A stretch of 64,000 nt of DNA, taken from IMG/VR virus record IMGVR_UViG_3300035138_000088; one strand, written 5' to 3'. This document shows positions 37,582 to 46,705 of the stretch, piece by piece (the first letter of the stretch is position 1; each line of letters begins with the position of its first letter). The notes under the pieces are model-generated. The model saw only the letters and a list, made by a program, of their open reading frames with translations, was not told the DNA's origin and searched no databases. The position numbers were made by a program, and so were the translations under genes. The DNA is from an uncultured virus (IMG/VR IMGVR_UViG_3300035138_000088) (taxonomy: Duplodnaviria > Heunggongvirae > Uroviricota > Caudoviricetes).

Positions 37582-37980
37582 TTAACTGGTATTTAAAGGC
37601 TTCCTTTTCCCTATGAGTTCTACATGATAAAGATAACCTATAGTCGGAATAGAACCGTGACAAAACCGTTTTATTACTTCTATCCAATCTTCAACTGTAG
37701 TGAATCCGCTATCTTCGACATGTTTTTCCAAAACCTTCTTCCAGTCTAATTCATTTCCCTCTTTAGAGAGAGCAACATCTCGATAATCATTCCAACCCAT
37801 GATTTCTACATCGGCGATTTTTTTTCCGCCATACTTGTCTGTAATCCAGCTTATTCCTTTCGTTCCAGTCCTGATTGGGTTTCCATCATTATCCTTTAAC
37901 ATGTGGTCGCGGAACGTTACAACGAATCCATTCTGGAGAAGGTAATTTAATACTGGTTTACATGCGAACAGTGTTACCAT
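37582..37980 (-). CDS. ASCH/PUA-like protein
   Basis: 'VVTFR', 'IADVEI', 'HVEDSGF.TVEDW'. Confidence 0.45.
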   Translation of the reverse strand: MVTLFACKPVLNYLLQNGFVVTFRDHMLKDNDGNPIRTGTKGISWITDKYGGKKIADVEIMGWNDYRDVALSKEGNELDWKKVLEKHVEDSGFTTVEDWIEVIKRFCHGSIPTIGYLYHVELIGKRKPLNTS

Positions 37981-38166
37981 TAAAGTTTCCCCATATGTTT
38001 GTGGTATTCAACTCTATCTTCTAAATGAAATGGGCAATACTCTTTGCCATTCTTCAACTTAACTACGGCTTTAATGTTACAAGTTTCCACATCACATTGA
38101 CCGTTCATGATTGTCCTTCCTTAAGTGACATGATAAAAGCCAGCGTTCTTAATAAATGTTTCTACG

Positions 38167-38262
38167 TTAATCTCCAAAGCATTCTCTGTAAAATGAGCAT
38201 TTCTTGCAGTTTAAACCAGCTTTATTGTGCTTCTGATAGCAAGGCGGACGCTTGTATAACAT
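38167..38262 (-). CDS. 31-aa Cys4 microprotein (MLYKRPPCYQKHNKAGLNCKKCSFYRECFGD)
   Basis: Hand-translated; TATA ~38293. Confidence 0.55.
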   Translation of the reverse strand: MLYKRPPCYQKHNKAGLNCKKCSFYRECFGD

Positions 38263-38306
38263 AGTTTATCTAGAAAGAATATGGAAGAAAACATTTATAA
38301 AGTTTT

Positions 38307-40064
38307 CTAATCGGGACAGGTTGGGCATTTACCTTCGGCTTTCTCTAATAGCTGGAACTTTCTGCTTCCATCCCTATAAACAGTTATTCCTTTACATCTA
38401 AGCTGGTAAGCCATAAAGTAGATATTTTCTATGTCGCCTATTTCTGCATTATTAGGGAGATTCACGGTTTTGCTTACTGCATTATCAGTGTGTTTCTGGA
38501 ATGCCGCTTGCATTTTAATGTGCCACTCGGGAGACACTTGAGATGAAGTAACGCAAAACTTTTGTACTTCACTGGGGAGCTTTATGCAACGCATAGAACC
38601 GCTTGATGCTATAGCGTCTTCTAATTGTTTGGTCCAGAGTCCCTTCAATTCTAAGCTTCTTTTTACTGAAGGATTTATTTCAATTAAGTCCTTCCCGAGA
38701 GTATCGCTGACGTTTCTCTTCTGTAATATTTCAAAGATTGGTTCGATGCTTTGTGAGCAGTTCGCAATCAAGCTGATTGTACCTGTAGGAGCTATAGTTG
38801 TTATAGTAGCGTTTCTTAAGTATGGCGGGTCAATAACTGAATTTTTAGTGCAATAAATACTCTTCTCGAAATTAGGGAAGTTTCCTTTTTGTTTTCCCAA
38901 CTCTTGGGACATCTGGAATCCTACATCGTGAATGTATTTCATTATAGCTTCAGCTAGGTCTACTGCTTCTTGACTATCATATCTTATTCCCATCTGCACA
39001 AGTAAGTCAGCCCAGCCCATAACTCCTAATCCAATCTTGCGATTCTCAAACGTTGCATGCTGGATTTCGGGTAGAGGAAGCTTGTTAACATCTATGACAT
39101 TATCTAGGAACCTCACCGCTAATCTCACTGTTTTCTTCAGTTTTTCCCAATCAATATGTGCGCCTTTCTTCGTATAGAATGCGGAAAGATTTATTGAGCC
39201 GAGATTGCAAGACTCGTAAGGCAATAATGGCATTTCACCACAAGGATTTGTTGATTCTAGTTGTCCTATTTTTGGTGTAGGGTTATCTTTATTTATTCTA
39301 TCAATAAATATGACTGCGGGTTCTCCGTTCTTCCAACTCATGAAGCATAAGAGATTCCAAATAACACGAGCTTTTAGTGTCTTTACAACTTTGTTAGTTC
39401 GGGGATTTATTAAGTCGAAATCATCGTCTCTCCTCACAGCACTCATAAATTTATCGGTTATTGCTACGGAAAGATTAAAGTTTTTGAATACTCCCTCTTT
39501 CTCTTTAGAAATTATGAAGTCTTGAATGTCTGGATGGTCCACACGGATGATACCCATGTTAGCTCCACGACGTTTACCGCCTTGTTTTATGACTTCCGTA
39601 GCCATGTCAAAGACGCGCATAAAAGATAATGGTCCACTGGCTATTCCACCAGTAGATTTCACAACGTCGCCTTTAGGTCTAATTCTGCTGAATGAGAATC
39701 CTGTTCCACCACCAGTCTTATGAATTTTTGCTGTATAATGAACTGCCTCAAAAATCTTGTCTATATCGTCGTCAACTGGGAGAACGAAACAAGCAGACAA
39801 TTGACCTATATCTGTTCCAGCATTCATTAGTGTAGGAGAATTCGGTAGGAATTCAAACTTAGTCATCATAGCGTAAAATTGTCGCTCTAACGCCCTGACA
39901 TCTTTTTTCTCCATTCCATACTTGAGTTCGACTTGCGCTATAGCCTTAGCGACGCGCCGAAACATTTTACTTGGGGTCTCAATAAGCTCCCTATTCTCGT
40001 CTTTAAGCAGATACCTTTGAGACAAAATATACTGTGCATTTTTACTAATCCTCATGTAAATCAA
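38307..40064 (-). CDS. nrdJ: class II (adenosylcobalamin-dependent) ribonucleotide reductase
   Basis: 'FLPNSPTLMNAG', 'QLSACFV', 'RRGANM', 'TNPCGE', 'CNLGS', 'APTGTIS', 'KGITVYRDGS', C-terminal CPTC; no beta subunit seen. Confidence 0.9.
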   Translation of the reverse strand: MIYMRISKNAQYILSQRYLLKDENRELIETPSKMFRRVAKAIAQVELKYGMEKKDVRALERQFYAMMTKFEFLPNSPTLMNAGTDIGQLSACFVLPVDDDIDKIFEAVHYTAKIHKTGGGTGFSFSRIRPKGDVVKSTGGIASGPLSFMRVFDMATEVIKQGGKRRGANMGIIRVDHPDIQDFIISKEKEGVFKNFNLSVAITDKFMSAVRRDDDFDLINPRTNKVVKTLKARVIWNLLCFMSWKNGEPAVIFIDRINKDNPTPKIGQLESTNPCGEMPLLPYESCNLGSINLSAFYTKKGAHIDWEKLKKTVRLAVRFLDNVIDVNKLPLPEIQHATFENRKIGLGVMGWADLLVQMGIRYDSQEAVDLAEAIMKYIHDVGFQMSQELGKQKGNFPNFEKSIYCTKNSVIDPPYLRNATITTIAPTGTISLIANCSQSIEPIFEILQKRNVSDTLGKDLIEINPSVKRSLELKGLWTKQLEDAIASSGSMRCIKLPSEVQKFCVTSSQVSPEWHIKMQAAFQKHTDNAVSKTVNLPNNAEIGDIENIYFMAYQLRCKGITVYRDGSRKFQLLEKAEGKCPTCPD

Positions 40065-40122
40065 ACAACCGCTTAAATATACCTATATACTATTGCTTTA
40101 ACGTATTAATAAGGGTTATGTT

Positions 40123-40305
40123 CTACTTTGAGAAGTTCTTGAGGTCTACATATTTACCGTTATCTTTGGTTGTCTCTTTCCGAATTTCCATTTCTACCTC
40201 TTGTTTAAGAGGTTCCAAACCTTTTAGGTTTAGCTTTTTGAAGTCTTCAAGAGATATATTGTGACGCAACCTATCGAGTAAAATGGCTCGTTCTATTCTA
40301 TCCAT
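40123..40305 (-). CDS. hypothetical protein
   Basis: TAATG coupling. Confidence 0.6.
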   Translation of the reverse strand: MDRIERAILLDRLRHNISLEDFKKLNLKGLEPLKQEVEMEIRKETTKDNGKYVDLKNFSK

Positions 40306-40694
40306 TAGTACAACCTACAAACCCTACAATCTGGACATAAAATTGGAAATCCGCCACTACCGTATGGTTCAAGCTTCTCTTTTGGAATATCTTCTCTCCC
40401 ACAATCATCACACACATCACGACATCGGCGACATAAAAGCTCCTTGCCGACTTTCTTCAGAAAATCATGTCTGCCACATCGGGTACAATGACCAAGGGTT
40501 TCGTCATCTCTTGCACCATGTCGTCCGCGTTCCCATTCCTTGTCAGCTAACTCATTGATTAAAGCGTTTCGAACTCCTTCTCCGAATTTACCATTGTAAA
40601 TTTCCATGATAATTTTTAAACCGAGCTTTTTTATGGCTTTTTTGTAAATTTTATCCCCAAATGGTTTCTCAAGTTTTTTCTTTTCATCTAACAT
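40305..40694 (-). CDS. multi-zinc-finger protein
   Basis: CTRC, CRRC, CDDC, CPDC. Confidence 0.7.
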   Translation of the reverse strand: MLDEKKKLEKPFGDKIYKKAIKKLGLKIIMEIYNGKFGEGVRNALINELADKEWERGRHGARDDETLGHCTRCGRHDFLKKVGKELLCRRCRDVCDDCGREDIPKEKLEPYGSGGFPILCPDCRVCRLY

Positions 40695-41142
40695 TTATAT
40701 CACATACTATGAATCTTTCGTCGAGATATTTCGCAAGAATTGGCTCTACGTCTTTCCACTCAAGCTTGCCGTTTCCACATCCCACTTTTGGTAAATACAA
40801 TGGGAGAGGTATTCCGCTTAAGTTGTATTCGAAAATCCTCAATAAGTCCTTGCAAGTATCCTCAATCAACTTGGGGTCAGCATCTTCCCACCAATTATGT
40901 TTAACTGGAAAAGTAATAATACCGTACTTATGGAAAGTGAAAACTACGTTGCCGTATTCCTTGATTCTGTCACCAAGCTCTTTAGGTAAGTCTTCCCACT
41001 TCTGTTTAGCTTGTAACGCAAGACCAGCCCCCATAGTACATTCGCCTTTCTTGTTGACGAATCCATTAGTGGGAATAACAATCCAATATCCTTTTTTATG
41101 CATATCCCACAGGTTGCCAGTTATTTCTCGCGTCTCTATCAC
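40684..41142 (-). CDS. macro domain (ADP-ribose processing) protein
   Basis: 'GNLW', 'IPTN', 'MGAGLA', 'FPVK..W', 'LPKVGCGNGKL.W..V'. Confidence 0.85.
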   Translation of the reverse strand: MIETREITGNLWDMHKKGYWIVIPTNGFVNKKGECTMGAGLALQAKQKWEDLPKELGDRIKEYGNVVFTFHKYGIITFPVKHNWWEDADPKLIEDTCKDLLRIFEYNLSGIPLPLYLPKVGCGNGKLEWKDVEPILAKYLDERFIVCDINVR

Positions 41143-41145
41143 CGC

Positions 41146-41397
41146 TTAACCTATGAATTCACGGACTACCTGTTCTATAGTTTCCCAGTCTTTCAGTGAA
41201 GGCACAGTAAACTTCTGTTTGCGTTTCCATTTACCATTATCTTGAATCCAAAGGTAAAGGTATGTTTTTGTCTTGCCGAATTGTTCGCCCTTGACGACGG
41301 CGCACCACCACTTGCCTTTCTTGTAGATGGTTTTCTGCTTCAAAACTGTTATTGCTTCATTAACTGGTACTTTTTCTTCTTCTGCCAATTCAATCAA
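41146..41397 (-). CDS. small protein, possibly PC4-like nucleic-acid binder
   Basis: 'LYLW...GKWKRKQKF' beta pattern. Confidence 0.5.
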   Translation of the reverse strand: MIELAEEEKVPVNEAITVLKQKTIYKKGKWWCAVVKGEQFGKTKTYLYLWIQDNGKWKRKQKFTVPSLKDWETIEQVVREFIG

Positions 41398-41434
41398 TCC
41401 TTTATTAAATAAACAATAGCGTTCTTAATAAAGG

Positions 41435-41803
41435 TTACGGGGTCCACGTCATCAAGTTTAATTCGTCTATTGGTTTATCTGGATGGTCCAAAACAAATCC
41501 TCTATGCTGGAAAAATTCTACTGCGTTATAGGCGGCATTAACATGAATTGGTTTGTTAAGTTTCTTAGCGATTGATTGAATTAACCTTATTAATCTGGAA
41601 CCATGCCCCTTCTTTGGTTCAGGACTGTACATGAAATCTAGAGACATAGCTTTCACAGTTTCACTAATTCGTAGTCTGGAAACTGTTTTATTATCACTGT
41701 TCCTAACAAGAGATATTATAGTTGCATTAGTAGAACCAAGTAATGATGGCGGAGTCTCAACATGTTCCTTCTTGAATGTATATCTGCATAGTTTGCATGG
41801 CAT
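41435..41803 (-). CDS. GNAT acetyltransferase
   Basis: 'P..KGHGSRLI...A...AVEFF...GF'. Confidence 0.75.
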   Translation of the reverse strand: MPCKLCRYTFKKEHVETPPSLLGSTNATIISLVRNSDNKTVSRLRISETVKAMSLDFMYSPEPKKGHGSRLIRLIQSIAKKLNKPIHVNAAYNAVEFFQHRGFVLDHPDKPIDELNLMTWTP

Positions 41804-41856
41804 AAACTAATAAAATGTAATCTACTTAATAAAGTTTGCTAAAAAAAGGTTGGGGA

Positions 41857-42156
41857 TTATGCAACAACTAAAGTGCCAAACTTGCCAACGTTAAGCTGGA
41901 TTTCGCCTTTGAATGCTGTTACATAACCGTTTTCGACTGTTATCTTATTGCCTACTTCCAGTTGGTCTATTTGCTCGTTCCACAATGTAAGCTTTATGCT
42001 TCCAGTCTCATCGGCGATTACAGCATCTGCTACGCTGTAAGTTTCGTCTTTGTATCTGGACTTAACTTGGCGGGTTTCGCCTTTTTCGACAACGCTTGCT
42101 TCGACTTTGACTCGTTTCATTCCGTTTCTTAGGTCTTTTATGTCCATTTTAATCAC
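41857..42156 (-). CDS. ssb: single-OB-fold ssDNA-binding protein (TACK-type SSB)
   Basis: 'IKDL..G', 'ADETGSIKLTLWNEQ', 'ENGYV..FKGEIQLNVG'. Confidence 0.88.
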   Translation of the reverse strand: MIKMDIKDLRNGMKRVKVEASVVEKGETRQVKSRYKDETYSVADAVIADETGSIKLTLWNEQIDQLEVGNKITVENGYVTAFKGEIQLNVGKFGTLVVA

Positions 42157-42157
42157 G

Positions 42158-44089
42158 TTACTTTGATTTACTTAGGAGATTTATGATTGTGTCTTTCTCC
42201 AAAGTTTCTGGAGATAAATCAATGTCTATCTCTACATCTTCAGATTTTTCTGTGACTATCTCTGCTCCAGCTAGTTCCAATAGTTCATTTAAGCTGATTG
42301 CGTTTGAGTAGAATGTGAATAGGTACTTTCTACTATGAACCGTGTAATCGTTTCTATATGATGATATTGAGTTGCCTATGTCTGATTCGCTGAAGTAGAA
42401 TCTGCATTCGTCTGGAGTAGTCACGATTAAGCCGAGAATCTTTTGTTTTGTGTCTATCTTTGACTTTGCAATGCATGCTACATCGTTTGGGTTAACCATG
42501 TAGTTTTGTTCGAGCGTGTTAAGTTTCCGTTTAGCTACGATTATTTTGTATGGAACAGGGACTCTTTCGCTGAAATTGAAGTAGTTAACCATCATTATCA
42601 ATGAGTTAGGGTCCTGTTTTGCGACGTAGAATAGCTCTGTAGCTCCTTTATGGGCTTCAGTCATGTCACCAGAGAATAGGATTGTAGCTCCACCACTTCG
42701 GTAGTTAGCATCCCAGCCGTACTTTGTTCCTTCAGCGTTTATTACTGATAGGTCCAAGTCTATTCTGTGTTCTTTCACGTCTTCCCAGTACACGCCGAAT
42801 ATCATGTCTTTTGGAACTACGACGTAGCTACCAGATGGGAAGTTTCCAGTGAACTGTTTTTCTGTAGCTGGAAGAGCATAAACAAGGTTTTCTGGGATGT
42901 AAATATGCTTGCCTTCAACATTAGGTCTCATGTCTTCAACGATAGAGCTTAGTACCTGAGTTAGTATCCCGTTTAGTTTAGCCGCCTTGTTTCTCGGGAA
43001 ATCGAAAGATTTAGCGTATGATTTTCCATTTCGTATTTTGTAAAGGATTGAATCTACATCTTTAGTTCTGAAGTTGAGAGCATAAGCTAGTCTTATTTTC
43101 CTGAAAGTATTCACTCTAGCCAATTCTTTGTCTAGCTGTGAAGCAATGATTGGCACACCGCTCTTTATCATGCCAGTTAGCATGTTTAGGTAGTCTTCCC
43201 TCATTGGTTTGTGATGTGTGTCAGCGAGTCGGCGGATTTTGTTGATAATTACTTTCATCTGGGTATTAGTTCTGAATGCCAAGAATAATGGCTTAAATCT
43301 GAAGAATATTCTGGCTAATGGTACAAGGCTGTGTTTCTCCTTGTATCGTAAGAAGTATTTGAGAGCATTCACGTTCTGGGTTTCTTTAATTTTCGCTATT
43401 GTCCCAGCATTCTTGATTAGCAAAGTTTTGTTTGTAGTCTTGTAGACTAGGAATCTTAAGAATTCTATTGGATTCTCTGGAACCAAACCTAAGTAGTCGT
43501 AAAGAATGGCTTTTGTCTCTTTGTTTCTTATTCGTTCTATGTCGCCTTCGTTAATACCAACGAATAATGCAACGTCAATAACGTCCTCTAATGTCTCTTC
43601 CTTCAAGGCTATACCTCGGCTGAGTAGAGTAAGCAATTTCTCCTTAAGTTCGGCTTTAGTGAGCCCTTTGATTATTGTGAGGGTAATTCCGCCTTCCAAA
43701 TCTGGAATCTCAAGCGATTCGCTTGGAATGAAAACAGTGTTTTCGCTGTACACTCCTAACCTTTCGAATCCGTAAGTTGTGATGTAATGCAATATTTGCT
43801 CTATCACCAACTGGAATAAAGGAGTATCTCTTACTTTCGCCCACGACTTATGGAACGTACTGTTCATCTGTTGTGGCGTAAGTCCAAACTCTTCTGAAGC
43901 GACAGCTATCAAATTGTTCAATTCGCTTTCGTTATAATTAGCAACTACGTTTGGAGTAAAAATGAATCCTCTACGGATAGTTGCAGACGAAATATTTGCA
44001 TAATCAATCATCGCATCTCTAGGAGAGTTGTTTATTTCAGTTCCTTTCCGAATTGGAACTGCTTTGAATAGTCTCATTGTTGATTTCAT
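42158..44089 (-). CDS. large protein with C-terminal TerD-like domain
   Basis: 'W......IDLDLS', 'GWD', 'FSGDMT.A..GATE', 'VNYFN'; helical N-terminal two-thirds. Confidence 0.6.
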   Translation of the reverse strand: MKSTMRLFKAVPIRKGTEINNSPRDAMIDYANISSATIRRGFIFTPNVVANYNESELNNLIAVASEEFGLTPQQMNSTFHKSWAKVRDTPLFQLVIEQILHYITTYGFERLGVYSENTVFIPSESLEIPDLEGGITLTIIKGLTKAELKEKLLTLLSRGIALKEETLEDVIDVALFVGINEGDIERIRNKETKAILYDYLGLVPENPIEFLRFLVYKTTNKTLLIKNAGTIAKIKETQNVNALKYFLRYKEKHSLVPLARIFFRFKPLFLAFRTNTQMKVIINKIRRLADTHHKPMREDYLNMLTGMIKSGVPIIASQLDKELARVNTFRKIRLAYALNFRTKDVDSILYKIRNGKSYAKSFDFPRNKAAKLNGILTQVLSSIVEDMRPNVEGKHIYIPENLVYALPATEKQFTGNFPSGSYVVVPKDMIFGVYWEDVKEHRIDLDLSVINAEGTKYGWDANYRSGGATILFSGDMTEAHKGATELFYVAKQDPNSLIMMVNYFNFSERVPVPYKIIVAKRKLNTLEQNYMVNPNDVACIAKSKIDTKQKILGLIVTTPDECRFYFSESDIGNSISSYRNDYTVHSRKYLFTFYSNAISLNELLELAGAEIVTEKSEDVEIDIDLSPETLEKDTIINLLSKSK

Positions 44090-44107
44090 TTTTTGTTTTC
44101 ACCTTTT

Positions 44108-44267
44108 AAATGAGATAAGGCGAGGGGTATATAGTCTCTTTACCAAGGGAGTTTTTTATAGGAACCCCATGTGCCTCTTGGCGCGTGATTAAGGCGGGAA
44201 GTATATCCAACATGATAGGTTTTTAATAGGAACTTCCTATGCCTCTATTCCGTTATCCATCTCATTT
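44108..44267 (-). ncRNA. 5' leader with two tandem covarying hairpin motifs (44117-44177 and 44191-44245)
   Basis: GAGGC..GGGGU/GGAAGU-UCCUAU.AAAAAC...AUAU-ACCCC/ACUUCC..GCCUU; enclosed by aaatgagat/atctcattt; TATA ~44295. Confidence 0.75.
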
Positions 44268-44359
44268 TATCTTTACATTTACTGTGCTTCCGTTCCTAAT
44301 AAACCTTTCTACATTTTTATACGAAAAGTTTATTTAGAAGCATGCATATCATTATGTAG

Positions 44360-44659
44360 TTGATAAATATGGTTCGCGTACTCTTTAAAGATGAAAAGAA
44401 AGTTGTTGTAGAGCTAACCAAAACAAAGGTTTGCATTGTAAATGAGAGAGGAATTACACTGCGCCTAAAAACAAAAGATGGCTGGGAAACCAAAAACTTT
44501 GACTTCAAAGATTTGCTATTAATGAACAACGTCATCAACCAGATAACCATACATAAATCAAAGCAACTACAAAGAGCTAGAAAGAAAATTAAGAAATTAA
44601 AAGAGGAAAAACTTGAAGAGCTCTACGTAGACCCTATGCCAGAAAGAGCTAACTGTTAA
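44360..44659 (+). CDS. basic hypothetical protein, isolated + strand gene
   Basis: Own TATA aaaagtttatttag ~44325. Confidence 0.65.
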   Translation: MINMVRVLFKDEKKVVVELTKTKVCIVNERGITLRLKTKDGWETKNFDFKDLLLMNNVINQITIHKSKQLQRARKKIKKLKEEKLEELYVDPMPERANC

Positions 44660-44878
44660 GTTGCTGTTCTATATCTAACTAGAACATGATAACTGCTTCC
44701 GTCGAAGTCCATCCCTAAAACTTTCAAACTATGAGCGTCCTTTGTTTGCTCGTAGCTTTCTAGAGTGGACTTAATAGTAGCCGCATCTCCACTTATAACT
44801 TCATAAGTTGTTGTATGTGCCATTCTCTATCACTTCTCTATGGACTAATGTATATAATAAGAAACACACTTATTAGCT

Positions 44879-45487
44879 TTATTCTTCATCGAGCTTATCA
44901 ACCAAGTCTAGAAGTTCAAGTATCTTCATTCTCTCTTTTAACTTCAAAACATAAATATTTGGTATTCGAGCGTAAATTTTAGAACGGAGAAAGAGAGCCA
45001 GTTTTAATGTATCTAATTGCAGTGTAGAGCTAGACTTTTTGGCAAAATTTAATTGTTCCACATCGAATTTTACAAAACGTTTTTCTACATTATATTTGAA
45101 TGAAAGACTCTTGATTTCTTTTACTATTTCTTTCCTTTTAAATAATGATAAGCCTTTTTGGTTTAGTATTTCGACTTTCCTCATTAGAAAGGTCAAATCA
45201 GATAGAAAAGTTCGCACTTCTAATGGAATAGTTATATCGAGCTCATTAAGAAGAACTAATACCCTTTCAAGTTCGATTATAGATAACCCTTTAAGATATA
45301 AATCGCCTTTGTATTTGGATAATACTCCAAGTTTCATTAATGATATAGAAGCTTCTTTAGTTAAGTAGACCAATTGTGGCTTCGCTAACTTTCTTTTCGG
45401 TTTAGTTGTTCGTGCAATAGAAACGAATACAGCTACTTCTTCGCCTTGTTGTTCAATACCTACCATAAAAGGGTCAAAAAACCCCAT
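44879..45487 (-). CDS. hypothetical protein (late module)
   Basis: ORF track. Confidence 0.65.
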   Translation of the reverse strand: MGFFDPFMVGIEQQGEEVAVFVSIARTTKPKRKLAKPQLVYLTKEASISLMKLGVLSKYKGDLYLKGLSIIELERVLVLLNELDITIPLEVRTFLSDLTFLMRKVEILNQKGLSLFKRKEIVKEIKSLSFKYNVEKRFVKFDVEQLNFAKKSSSTLQLDTLKLALFLRSKIYARIPNIYVLKLKERMKILELLDLVDKLDEE

Positions 45488-46693
45488 CTATATTCCCCCA
45501 TATTTAGATGGTATAGGTTTAGCCATTTTCCAAACTTCGTGAATGTTGATAAAACCAGTGGAGAACGTCTTGAGCATTTTCTTTATTGAAATAATCTTAA
45601 TCAAACCAGTTAGTTTATCCTTTAAGAACATAAATCCAAGAACGTTGAATAGTGGAACAATACTCATAGGAGTACCTGTAGGAGCTTCAGGTTCATACAT
45701 ACAATAAATACTTACATTCCATGTATAATTACTTGCACCTATAGGGTCGGGTAAACTTCCAGAATATCCGTTCACTCGGTAATAGGTAGGACCACCACCT
45801 GTAGGGTTATAAGCTATATATGTTGAGTTTGGTGTTGCTCCTTCACAATTAATTGCTAAAAGATATTGAGACCCTGATGTAATTTCTGGCGGAGAAGCAA
45901 ACACGGTAAACTTCCATTGATAATAACTGTAATGCGTGTCATTTACCTTTGGGGTACATGTAGCATATAAAGATGTGTCGGACAGATAAATTCCGCCCAC
46001 ATGGTCTTTAACTATAGTAGTATTGGCTCTTAAGGCATAAAAGATAGCAATGGCAAGACCATTTTCTGGCGCAGTTACTTTTAATGCATAAAGGCGATTG
46101 TCTATTGATGCTTCGTCTCCTAAAATTGTAGTTTCTCCAAGAGAACTTAATGGCTCTGCATATACATAGAATATTCCATCTATAATGCTAAGATTACGCC
46201 ATCCCGTAGAAATGAAGTCGAAGAAGTTTCCCCAATGAGATTCTCCTACGCTTTGTCCACCCATGTAGATTCTGTGAGAACCATCAAAACCAGCGACTCC
46301 TTCTAAGGCTACGCAGTAGGCTGTATTAGGACTCAACAATATTCTGTTTGCTCCTGTGAATGTGAATGTAAAAAGCTCATAGCTCGTATCTACATCATTA
46401 GGGTCAACCGCATCGCTTGATGCAAGAGCACTTCCTGTTGGTTTTCCAGTAGAGCCGAAGGTTCCTGTATGGGCGTAGATTCTTACTCTCATTTCTCCGT
46501 TGGTGAACGTATCCGTAGCTGGACGATAAATATACATTACTACTGAATCAAGTGTGTGACTTATTCCATCATTGGGAGTCTTAAATGTTTGTCCTCTTGC
46601 TCCATATCCCGCACCTGAGAGGGGTTTGGTATCGTTTATTTGGTAACCAGCTTGGTAGTTCATTTCACCATAAAAGTCTAATAATCCAGCCAA
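45488..46693 (-). CDS. putative virion structural/adhesin protein (two beta-sandwich-like domains)
   Basis: G/T/S/Y-rich; 'GQTF', 'FTF....L..NTAYC' repeated architecture. Confidence 0.55.
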   Translation of the reverse strand: MAGLLDFYGEMNYQAGYQINDTKPLSGAGYGARGQTFKTPNDGISHTLDSVVMYIYRPATDTFTNGEMRVRIYAHTGTFGSTGKPTGSALASSDAVDPNDVDTSYELFTFTFTGANRILLSPNTAYCVALEGVAGFDGSHRIYMGGQSVGESHWGNFFDFISTGWRNLSIIDGIFYVYAEPLSSLGETTILGDEASIDNRLYALKVTAPENGLAIAIFYALRANTTIVKDHVGGIYLSDTSLYATCTPKVNDTHYSYYQWKFTVFASPPEITSGSQYLLAINCEGATPNSTYIAYNPTGGGPTYYRVNGYSGSLPDPIGASNYTWNVSIYCMYEPEAPTGTPMSIVPLFNVLGFMFLKDKLTGLIKIISIKKMLKTFSTGFINIHEVWKMAKPIPSKYGGI

Positions 46694-46705
46694 GATAATT
46701 CACAT

